Assembly: GCA_002709305.1 (NCBI GenBank)
Contig: PAQM01000012.1
Span: 90,701-154,700 of the forward strand
DNA length: 64,000 nucleotides
From: Crocinitomicaceae bacterium
GTDB taxonomy: Bacteria; Bacteroidota; Bacteroidia; Flavobacteriales_D; Crocinitomicaceae
Reading direction: 5' to 3'
The position numbers were made by a program, and so were the translations under genes. Shown in pieces: positions 17,593-24,962 of the stretch. The notes beneath the pieces are model-generated. The model saw only the letters and a program-made list of their open reading frames with translations. It was not told the origin of the DNA and made no database searches. Numbering within the stretch: position 1 is the first letter of the stretch; every line of letters begins with the position of its first letter.

Positions 17593-18129
17593 TTAAAAAC
17601 CATCTGATAAGCCTCTAACAATACCAGCTTTTTCGAGGTATTTTCTTAGTTCAGACTTATTTACTGATACAACAATACCTATCTTATATTCCTTTTTACT
17701 AATCTTGATTCTATCTTGAGGAGCAATTTGTCCATTATTGGCTAATGTTACAAATTTCATATAATCTCCTCCACCTGTCTTGAAGAACTCTTCAAAAAAA
17801 TCTTTGTTTTGCTCATCTATATTTGGATTAGTAGCTATAGGCTTTTGACCTTTAACATCTCCTTTATCTGGAAATCCTTTAAATATGATTCCATGAACTG
17901 CATTTTTCTTTGCTTGTTCCATAGCAGTCTCTACATTTCGAGAATAAGACCATACTTTAACTTGATAAGTACCAGAAACACCTGTTGCTACAGCCTCAAG
18001 TTCATAACGCCAAGCTACTGTTTCTTTATCTGCTTTTTTCTTTCCTCTCTGAGCATTAGCATTGAAAGTAAAAGAGAGAAAAGCAAGTAGCACTATGCTA
18101 CCTGCTTTAAATATATTAGTAATATTCAT
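17593..18129 (-). CDS. Exported protein of unknown function (module 1 copy of the ~145-aa domain)
   Basis: Signal peptide '...FTFNANAQ|RGKK'. Paralog of 13257-13760 and ends in GLSDGF. Confidence 0.88.
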   Translation of the reverse strand: MNITNIFKAGSIVLLAFLSFTFNANAQRGKKKADKETVAWRYELEAVATGVSGTYQVKVWSYSRNVETAMEQAKKNAVHGIIFKGFPDKGDVKGQKPIATNPNIDEQNKDFFEEFFKTGGGDYMKFVTLANNGQIAPQDRIKISKKEYKIGIVVSVNKSELRKYLEKAGIVRGLSDGF

Positions 18130-18140
18130 ATTCTTTTAGT

Positions 18141-19466
18141 TTATTTTAATTGCTTTAATAACATTCCAACTTGAATCTTTTTAGATCCTTTAAATTGTGA
18201 AGCACTAATTGGATTTCCTTCTGCATCCGTTGCAACTTCACCATCAGGACCATTACCTGCATTGTATCTATTATCCCAAATTGGGGCTTTCTTATCAACA
18301 CTACATTTTCCTACTGACTTCCATGTTGTTGTTCCTGCTTTTTCATCCCAAGTCATTTCTAATACTTCGAATTTATCACCAGGTGAAATCCCTTCTTTCA
18401 TACCTATTTTAGCCATTATTGGGCCTGTTGAAGAAACTGGAATTTTTGGTTTAAATACATCATTTTGTTTTTGAAGTTTAGCGAACGCATTATCAATGTT
18501 ACGAACAGTTGCCTTATCAATTATGTTTTCAAGATCCTTTCCACCAAGGACAATACTTGTATTATATTGATTACCTACAAACTCTAAACTAAAAGCATCA
18601 GAAGCAAGTATGTCACTAGTAATATCTTCGCTATTATACATTTTATAAACTGCATCAAGCTCTACTTCAGACCATTTTAATTTATACAACCAAGTCTTTG
18701 AAACTAAAGAATATCCTTCCTTAGCTTTTTCATAGGCTAACTCTGCAGCTTTTATTGCAGCCTGTTGTTGCATAGGTGTTTTCAACTCCCCTGCTGCAAC
18801 TTTAGCAGCCTCTAGTATTAGTTTTGCTGCAGGCTCATTTTCAAAATAATTAAGTTTTGTAAAAGTTACAAATGTGTTCTGAATTAATTCTTTCCCTGCA
18901 TCCATGATAGAAGCTGAACTCATAACATTACCTGATGCAATACTAGCACTCATCTCAGAAGCATTGTACATACCTCTTTCAGCAACTAAATCCATTGAAA
19001 ATTTACCATCTTTTACAAACCATGATGCAACAAGTTGGTTAACAATTTTTTGATCTTTAATTATTTTATCAATTTTCATTTGATATTTCTGCTTTTCTGA
19101 TGGTAATTCAAATGCTAAAGTTTTTTCATCATTTAAATATCTAACAGGTCTAATAGCTTCAGCTTTAGTTATTTGGAGAACATTGCTTAATGTATCTTTA
19201 AGAAATCCAGCAGCTTTTAAATCTTCATCTGTTAATTTTATCCCATCTATATCAATAGATTTTGAACTGATGTCGTGCTGATTATACTTATCTGGAAAAG
19301 GATAGTTATTCCAAGATTTCATAACATAATCTTTTTGTGGAAAATTATCTGATTCCAATAAAATCATAGAAAGAGAACTTCTACGATACTTCATCTCGTC
19401 TGTTTGCGCGAACAAATTCATTGTTCCTAGTAGACATACTAGCATTAAAATAGTTGTTTTTTTCAT
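18141..19466 (-). CDS. Exported protein of unknown function (module 1 large subunit)
   Basis: The ATG at 19466 gives a classic signal peptide 'MKKTTILMLVCLLGTMNLFAQ|TDE'; the ORF-track TTG at 19520 is rejected. It shares 'KIG.KEGI' and 'FKL...W..E.L...Y' motifs with 13778-15547. Confidence 0.85.
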   Translation of the reverse strand: MKKTTILMLVCLLGTMNLFAQTDEMKYRRSSLSMILLESDNFPQKDYVMKSWNNYPFPDKYNQHDISSKSIDIDGIKLTDEDLKAAGFLKDTLSNVLQITKAEAIRPVRYLNDEKTLAFELPSEKQKYQMKIDKIIKDQKIVNQLVASWFVKDGKFSMDLVAERGMYNASEMSASIASGNVMSSASIMDAGKELIQNTFVTFTKLNYFENEPAAKLILEAAKVAAGELKTPMQQQAAIKAAELAYEKAKEGYSLVSKTWLYKLKWSEVELDAVYKMYNSEDITSDILASDAFSLEFVGNQYNTSIVLGGKDLENIIDKATVRNIDNAFAKLQKQNDVFKPKIPVSSTGPIMAKIGMKEGISPGDKFEVLEMTWDEKAGTTTWKSVGKCSVDKKAPIWDNRYNAGNGPDGEVATDAEGNPISASQFKGSKKIQVGMLLKQLK

Positions 19467-19517
19467 TGTTGTGTAATTAGTTAGAATTAAGCCATTTATA
19501 AATTTTAAATGGGAGGA

Positions 19518-19525
19518 CAAATTTA
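19518..19525 (-). promoter_or_regulatory. Candidate -7 promoter element (TAAATTTG) for the seven-gene operon
   Basis: Exact TAnnTTTG on the minus strand about 50 nt upstream of the ATG at 19466, inside the 100-nt gap after the lptF/G-family gene. Confidence 0.45.
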
Positions 19526-19566
19526 ATAAATTTTTCTAGAAAAAACATATTATTCAGACTGAAAAT

Positions 19567-20643
19567 TTATGCTTTTACCTTTCTGTATAAAATATATGCT
19601 ATAAAGCCGAATATTACATTTGGAATCCAGACAGAAATTAAAGGGGAAAAACCTAGCTTTATAGCAGCGACTGTTGTGACCTTCATAGCAAAGATATACA
19701 TGAATATAATTGCTAAACCTAGTGCTATATTAATACCTACACCACCGCGTTTTTTTCGACTAGCCACAGCAATACCAATTAATGTTAAAACATATGTTGC
19801 AAATGGATAAGATGTTCGTTGATATAATTCAACTTCATACATTGGAACCATAGAAGAACCTTTTAATCTCTCCCGTTTAATAAAATCTTTTAATTCAAAA
19901 TAATTCATTGCTTCGGCAATATTTTCTCGGGTAGCCATCTCACTTATACTAAATTTAAAAGTAGTGTCTAAATTAGCACCTTCAAATATTTTATCTTTTG
20001 GATAACCTACCTCTCGTTTATAATAATTCCTAAGTTTCCATTCGTATGAATCAGGTTTATTTTCAGCAAATTCAGCATTTATAAATGAAACTATTTCTCC
20101 TTTATCATTCCACTTTTCAATAACCAAATTATGAATTAAATGATTGGAAGCAGAATATGATTTAAAATATACAGCCTCATTCCCTGGGAATTCAGCATGA
20201 TAATCTTGAACAGTAATTACTGTTCTGTAATACTTCTCTTCAAAAGCTAATCTAACTTTATTGGAAGGTGGGATGATAAAATGGCTGAAAACCAATGAAA
20301 TTAGCATTAAAATTGTTGCTGCGATCATATATGGACGAACAAATCTGCCAAACTTTATTCCACTATTCCATATAGGAATAATTTCAGTCTCTTGAGCCAT
20401 CTTTGCAGTAAACCAAATAACAGACACAAAAATAATCATGGAGGAAAACATATTTCCATAAAAAATTATGAAGTTTAAATAATAGTCAAAAACTACTGAA
20501 TAAAAACTAGCATCATTTTCAAGAAATTCAGTTAATTTTTCAGCTAAATCAAAAACTGAAGCTAATACCATAATCACAACTAACATGAAAAAGAAAGTTG
20601 AAAGAAACTTACGAATGATATATCTATCAATTATTTTTAGCAT
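19567..20643 (-). CDS. LptF/LptG-family (YjgP/YjgQ) LPS export permease
   Basis: 358 aa with the YjgP/YjgQ layout: 3 TM, a periplasmic beta-jellyroll-sized loop, then 3 TM. It starts at 20643, directly abutting the tgt stop (20644-20646). Confidence 0.8.
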   Translation of the reverse strand: MLKIIDRYIIRKFLSTFFFMLVVIMVLASVFDLAEKLTEFLENDASFYSVVFDYYLNFIIFYGNMFSSMIIFVSVIWFTAKMAQETEIIPIWNSGIKFGRFVRPYMIAATILMLISLVFSHFIIPPSNKVRLAFEEKYYRTVITVQDYHAEFPGNEAVYFKSYSASNHLIHNLVIEKWNDKGEIVSFINAEFAENKPDSYEWKLRNYYKREVGYPKDKIFEGANLDTTFKFSISEMATRENIAEAMNYFELKDFIKRERLKGSSMVPMYEVELYQRTSYPFATYVLTLIGIAVASRKKRGGVGINIALGLAIIFMYIFAMKVTTVAAIKLGFSPLISVWIPNVIFGFIAYILYRKVKA

Positions 20644-21774
20644 CTAAAGTCGATTCTCCAATTTTTGTACCATTTCATTTTTCCAGGATGAAAAAGTTCC
20701 GTCTTTAATTTTCAAACGTGCTTCACGAACTAACCAAAGATAGAAGGCAAGATTATGAATTGTAGCTATCTGAATAGCTAAATGTTCTTTAGAACGCATC
20801 AAATGTCTTAAATAAGCTTTACTATATTTTGAATCAACAAATGAAGTTCCATTTGAATCTAAGGGAGAAAAATCTTTCTCCCATTTCTTATTTTTTATAT
20901 TAATAATTCCCTCTGAAGTAAATAGCATACCATGTCTAGCATTTCTAGATGGCATTACACAATCAAACATGTCTACACCAAGAGCTATACATTCTAGAAG
21001 ATTAGCAGGTGTACCAACCCCCATAAGATACCTTGGCTTTTCTTTTGGTAAAATATTACATACAACATCCGTCATTGCATACAATTCATCCGTAGGTTCA
21101 CCAACAGAAAGTCCTCCTATTGCATTACCAACAGCATCATGCGAAGCAATTACTTCAGCGGATTCCATTCTTAAATCTTTATAAACACTACCCTGCACAA
21201 TAGGAAATAATAATTGTTCATAACCATATTTCATATCATTAATTTCCATTTGAGAAAAACATCTTTTTAACCAACGGTGTGTCATATGCATAGATTTCTT
21301 AGCATAATCATAATCACATGGATATGGAGTGCACTCATCAAAGGCCATGATAATATCAGCACCAATTGATCTTTGAATATCTATAGCTACTTCTGGAGAA
21401 AAAAAATGATAACTTCCATCTATATGTGACTGAAATGTAACTCCTTCTTCTTTTATTTTTCTAGATGAAGACAAAGAATATACTTGATAACCTCCACTGT
21501 CTGTTAAAATTGGTTTATTCCAATTCATAAATTTATGTAATCCCCCTACTTTCTCTATTACTTCTAAACCAGGTCTTAAGAACAAGTGATATGTATTTCC
21601 TAAAATAATCTGTGCTTTTATTTCATCTTCAATTTCATGCTGATGGACCCCTTTGACACTCCCAGCTGTTCCTACAGGCATAAATATTGGTGTCTCAATA
21701 ACACCATGGCTAGTAGTCAATTCACCCGCTCTTGCATTTGATTGACTATCAGTGATTTCCAGTTTGAAGTGCAT
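20644..21774 (-). CDS. tgt: tRNA-guanine transglycosylase (queuine tRNA-ribosyltransferase)
   Basis: 'ARAGELTTSHGVIETPIFMPVGT', 'ILTDSGGYQV', 'LFPIVQGS', 'GLSVGEP', Zn site 'CDCVMPSRNARHG'. The start at 21774 (MHFKLE) is supported by a -7 motif 24 nt upstream. Confidence 0.95.
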   Translation of the reverse strand: MHFKLEITDSQSNARAGELTTSHGVIETPIFMPVGTAGSVKGVHQHEIEDEIKAQIILGNTYHLFLRPGLEVIEKVGGLHKFMNWNKPILTDSGGYQVYSLSSSRKIKEEGVTFQSHIDGSYHFFSPEVAIDIQRSIGADIIMAFDECTPYPCDYDYAKKSMHMTHRWLKRCFSQMEINDMKYGYEQLLFPIVQGSVYKDLRMESAEVIASHDAVGNAIGGLSVGEPTDELYAMTDVVCNILPKEKPRYLMGVGTPANLLECIALGVDMFDCVMPSRNARHGMLFTSEGIINIKNKKWEKDFSPLDSNGTSFVDSKYSKAYLRHLMRSKEHLAIQIATIHNLAFYLWLVREARLKIKDGTFSSWKNEMVQKLENRL

Positions 21775-21797
21775 AATTTTGTTAATAAGTAAAAAAA

Positions 21798-21805
21798 CAA
21801 AGATA
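21798..21805 (-). promoter_or_regulatory. Candidate -7 promoter element (TATCTTTG) for tgt-lptF/G
   Basis: Exact TAnnTTTG on the minus strand, 24 nt upstream of the ATG at 21774. Confidence 0.45.
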
Positions 21806-21849
21806 AATCTATTTAATAAAGCATACGATATTTGTAAAAAACTATATAA

Positions 21850-22455
21850 GTGATGAGTAAAAGTCATTTATCAGAAAAAGCACAGAAAGATTTAGAGCTT
21901 GTTGAATCTGCAATCAAAGGTGACCAATCAGCTTATGCTGAACTTATGGATCGCTACCGTGAATCAATTTACTTTATGATGCTTAAAATGGTAAATAATA
22001 CAGATGATGCTGACGACTTAACTATTGAAGCTTTTGGAAAAGCATTCAATCGCTTAAAACAATATTCACCAAGCTATGCATTCTCAACATGGCTTTATAA
22101 AATAGCATCCAATAACTGTATTGATTTTATTCGTAAAAAAAGAATTAAAGTAACATCTATGGATACAGGAATAACAAATTCAGAAGGTGAAAAAATTTAT
22201 ATAGATGCAAAAAGCGACAATAAAGATCCTGAAGAAGTTGCAATTCATAAACAAAAAGTACTTTTAATGCGAGAACTTGTTGGAAAACTAAAACCACGGT
22301 ACAGACTATTGGTAGAAAAAAGATACTTTGAAGAATTAAGCTACGAAGAAATTTCACAAGAATTAAACCTTCCCCTAGGAACTGTAAAAGCTCAATTGTT
22401 CAGAGCAAGAGACTTTTTGTCAAATATGATTGCTAAAACGAAAGATACCATTTAA
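21850..22455 (+). CDS. ECF-type (group 4) RNA polymerase sigma factor
   Basis: Region 2 'TWLYKIASNNCIDFIRKK' and region 4 'LSYEEISQELNLPLGTVKAQLFRAR'. No adjacent anti-sigma ORF. Confidence 0.85.
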   Translation: MMSKSHLSEKAQKDLELVESAIKGDQSAYAELMDRYRESIYFMMLKMVNNTDDADDLTIEAFGKAFNRLKQYSPSYAFSTWLYKIASNNCIDFIRKKRIKVTSMDTGITNSEGEKIYIDAKSDNKDPEEVAIHKQKVLLMRELVGKLKPRYRLLVEKRYFEELSYEEISQELNLPLGTVKAQLFRARDFLSNMIAKTKDTI

Positions 22456-22456
22456 A

Positions 22457-23086
22457 ATGAATAGTATTGACAGTTTAATAAAATACTTTCCTAAACTAAC
22501 AGAATATCAAATAGAACAATTTAGCAGACTAGAAAATATTTATAATATATGGAATGCTAAAATAAATGTAATATCAAGAAAGGATACTGAAAACTTTCAA
22601 GAAAGGCATCTAATGCATTCCTTAGCTATAGCAAAAGTTATAAATTTTGTAGACAAAACAAAAATCATGGACGTTGGAACAGGTGGTGGTTTTCCAGGTA
22701 TTCCACTTTCTATTATTTTCCCAAATTGTAATTTTTTTCTAGTTGACTCTATAGGTAAAAAAATCAAAGTAGTAAAAGAAGTTATAAATGAGTTAGATTT
22801 AAAAAATGTTTCAGCAACTCATAATCGAGCTGAAAAAATTAATGACAAATTTGATTTTATAGTTAGTCGTGCAGTTACCAAGATGCCTAAATTTATTAGT
22901 TGGACAAAAGGAAAATTTCTTAAAGAAAACAAGAACAAATTAGAAAATGGAATCTTATACTTAAAAGGAGGTGATCTAAGAGAAGAAATGGCTTCAATAA
23001 AAAAAGAAGTTGAGTATTTTAATATTAATAAGTTTTACTCAGAACAATTCTTTGAAACAAAAAAAGTAGTGTATATTAAAAATTAA
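22457..23086 (+). CDS. rsmG: 16S rRNA (guanine527-N7)-methyltransferase
   Basis: 'WNAKINVISRKD', SAM motif 'IMDVGTGGGFPGIPLSI', 'FDFIVSRAV'. The ATG at 22457 follows directly after the sigma stop. Confidence 0.9.
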   Translation: MNSIDSLIKYFPKLTEYQIEQFSRLENIYNIWNAKINVISRKDTENFQERHLMHSLAIAKVINFVDKTKIMDVGTGGGFPGIPLSIIFPNCNFFLVDSIGKKIKVVKEVINELDLKNVSATHNRAEKINDKFDFIVSRAVTKMPKFISWTKGKFLKENKNKLENGILYLKGGDLREEMASIKKEVEYFNINKFYSEQFFETKKVVYIKN

Positions 23087-23622
23087 TCTAAACGATATTT
23101 TTTTAGAAAAGCACCCCAATCCCAAATAAAATTTTCAACTATTTCATCCATTCTTTTTAAGAATAATGGATTTGGAACTTGCATACGTTTAAAATATTCA
23201 TCTTGATAATCGTAAAGAGCATATTTATCAAAAATACCTTTTGACATAGCATATATCATATTTTTAGATGGACGATTTAATCGGCAAATTAAACTTTTAT
23301 AATTCTTTAATAAAATTATAAAATCATTAGTAGGCATCTCATAAGCTTTTGCTAACTTATTGTATACAATTAATTTTAGTCTATCAACCTGATCCGAATG
23401 AAATGAATTTTCTAAAAATGATAAATTACCAACAATAATTATTAGTGAAAACTCATAATTATTACTCTTCAAAATATCAGGAGAATTAACAAATACTGGA
23501 TCATCATTAATGAATTCAGCAACTATGGGAAAACCTTTATCAATAGAATTGAATAATCCATTGACAAATACATTTGCTAACTTTTCATCGCTAACCTTCT
23601 TTTTCAGAATAGTTCCAAACAT
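23083..23622 (-). CDS. Hypothetical cytoplasmic protein
   Basis: Intact 179-aa ORF with no signal peptide and no motif I recognise. A -7 motif lies upstream. Confidence 0.6.
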   Translation of the reverse strand: MFGTILKKKVSDEKLANVFVNGLFNSIDKGFPIVAEFINDDPVFVNSPDILKSNNYEFSLIIIVGNLSFLENSFHSDQVDRLKLIVYNKLAKAYEMPTNDFIILLKNYKSLICRLNRPSKNMIYAMSKGIFDKYALYDYQDEYFKRMQVPNPLFLKRMDEIVENFIWDWGAFLKKYRLD

Positions 23623-23652
23623 TTATTTGAGGTTAATTCAAGTAGTTATATA

Positions 23653-23660
23653 CAAATATA
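23653..23660 (-). promoter_or_regulatory. Candidate -7 promoter element (TATATTTG) for 23083-23622
   Basis: Exact TAnnTTTG on the minus strand, 31 nt upstream of the ATG at 23622. Confidence 0.4.
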
Positions 23661-23837
23661 AGAAAGCCATAAAGAGCTATAATAGTAGCTTTTTTTAGGT
23701 TATTAACATTCTTTTCAACACTTATTAACATTTTTTTTATGTTTTAAACATATTAATTAGATTAATTTATTATTCATTTAAACTATTATTTATACTTGCA
23801 AATAGTATTTTTATGTTATAAATCAGATTACTATAAA

Positions 23838-24956
23838 ATGAAAAAAAGTCAAATAGTTTTAGCACTTATATTTCTTATACTAACAGGTACTATTTATTTA
23901 GCTCTAATAAATAATAAAAAAGATTATTCAAAAACTATAAAAAATGAGCAATCTATCCTATATGTTCCTGTAAGAAAAGTGAAAAATGAACTAAAAGAAA
24001 TGAAACTAATCTCTTATGGACAAATAACAGCAAATACAGAAATAATTGTATCCTTTGAAGTTCAAGGAAAACTAGAAAAAGGTTTCACTAAGATGAAACC
24101 TGGGACAAAATTCAAAAAAGGACAAGTTCTTTTTAAAGTTAACAGTAAAGAAGCATTTTATTCTCTCAGTGCTAGGAAAAGTTCTTTATCTAATCTAATA
24201 TTAAATAGCTTACCAGACATAGAATTAGATTATCCTTCAGAAAGATCAAAATGGATTCAATTTATTGATGGTTTAGTTCCAAGTAAAATGATGCCAGAAC
24301 TTCCAAAATTTAAAAATAATAAAGAACGACTATTTATGACTAGTAGGAATATAATATCAGAATATTATAATTTAAAAAGTCAAGAAGCAAGAATGGAAAA
24401 ATACTTATTTATTGCACCATTTTCCGGAACTATAACCGATTTATACGCTGAACCTGGTGCAATAGCAAACCCTGGAGCTCAGATAGCCAAAATAGCCAAA
24501 ACAGGTGATTTTGAAGTGAAAGTTCCTATATCTATAAATGACTTAGAAACCTTTAAAAACATCAAAAATGCCGAATTCCAAAACCCTTCAGGAAAAACAA
24601 TAGCTAAAGGTCAAATAATTCGAGTTTCCAATGTAATAAATCAATCAACTCAGTCAACAGATGTTTACTATAGTATAAGAGCAATAAATAGTGAAAAATT
24701 ATATAATGGAATGTTTGTTAATGTGAGTATCAATAAAAAGTCAACAAAGGAAACTATGACGCTACCTAGAAATGCAGTGAAAAACAATGAAGTCAGAATA
24801 ATACAAGAAAATGTCTTAAAACCTATAAATATAGTAATCGTAGGTTCAAAACCCGATTCAGTTTTTGTTACAGGATTAAAAAATAATCAACTTGTTTTAC
24901 TAGAGCAAGTAGAAAAAGTAAATAATAAAATTAAATACAAAGGAATTACTAGATAA
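23838..24956 (+). CDS. RND efflux periplasmic adaptor (membrane fusion protein)
   Basis: N-terminal anchor 'IVLALIFLILTG', a lipoyl/beta-barrel-like pattern, and a position directly upstream of the RND permease. The ATG at 23838 is preferred to the TTG at 23796. Confidence 0.7.
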   Translation: MKKSQIVLALIFLILTGTIYLALINNKKDYSKTIKNEQSILYVPVRKVKNELKEMKLISYGQITANTEIIVSFEVQGKLEKGFTKMKPGTKFKKGQVLFKVNSKEAFYSLSARKSSLSNLILNSLPDIELDYPSERSKWIQFIDGLVPSKMMPELPKFKNNKERLFMTSRNIISEYYNLKSQEARMEKYLFIAPFSGTITDLYAEPGAIANPGAQIAKIAKTGDFEVKVPISINDLETFKNIKNAEFQNPSGKTIAKGQIIRVSNVINQSTQSTDVYYSIRAINSEKLYNGMFVNVSINKKSTKETMTLPRNAVKNNEVRIIQENVLKPINIVIVGSKPDSVFVTGLKNNQLVLLEQVEKVNNKIKYKGITR

Positions 24957-24962
24957 TTTAGA

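Noticed and set aside
13267-18474. Plus-strand ORFs inside the seven-gene cluster (13267-13449, 17096-17392, 17809-18090, 18209-18412, 18262-18474) and the minus-strand alternate-frame ORF 14524-14706.
   Set aside because: They are short, lack starts with sensible context, and each lies fully inside a much longer minus-strand ORF that has a clear signal peptide and paralog support.
21775-21867. N-terminal extension of tgt (MTFTHHLYSF...) that overlaps the ECF sigma gene start.
   Set aside because: The conserved Tgt N-terminus starts at MHFKLE (21774), and a TAnnTTTG motif lies inside the supposed extension.
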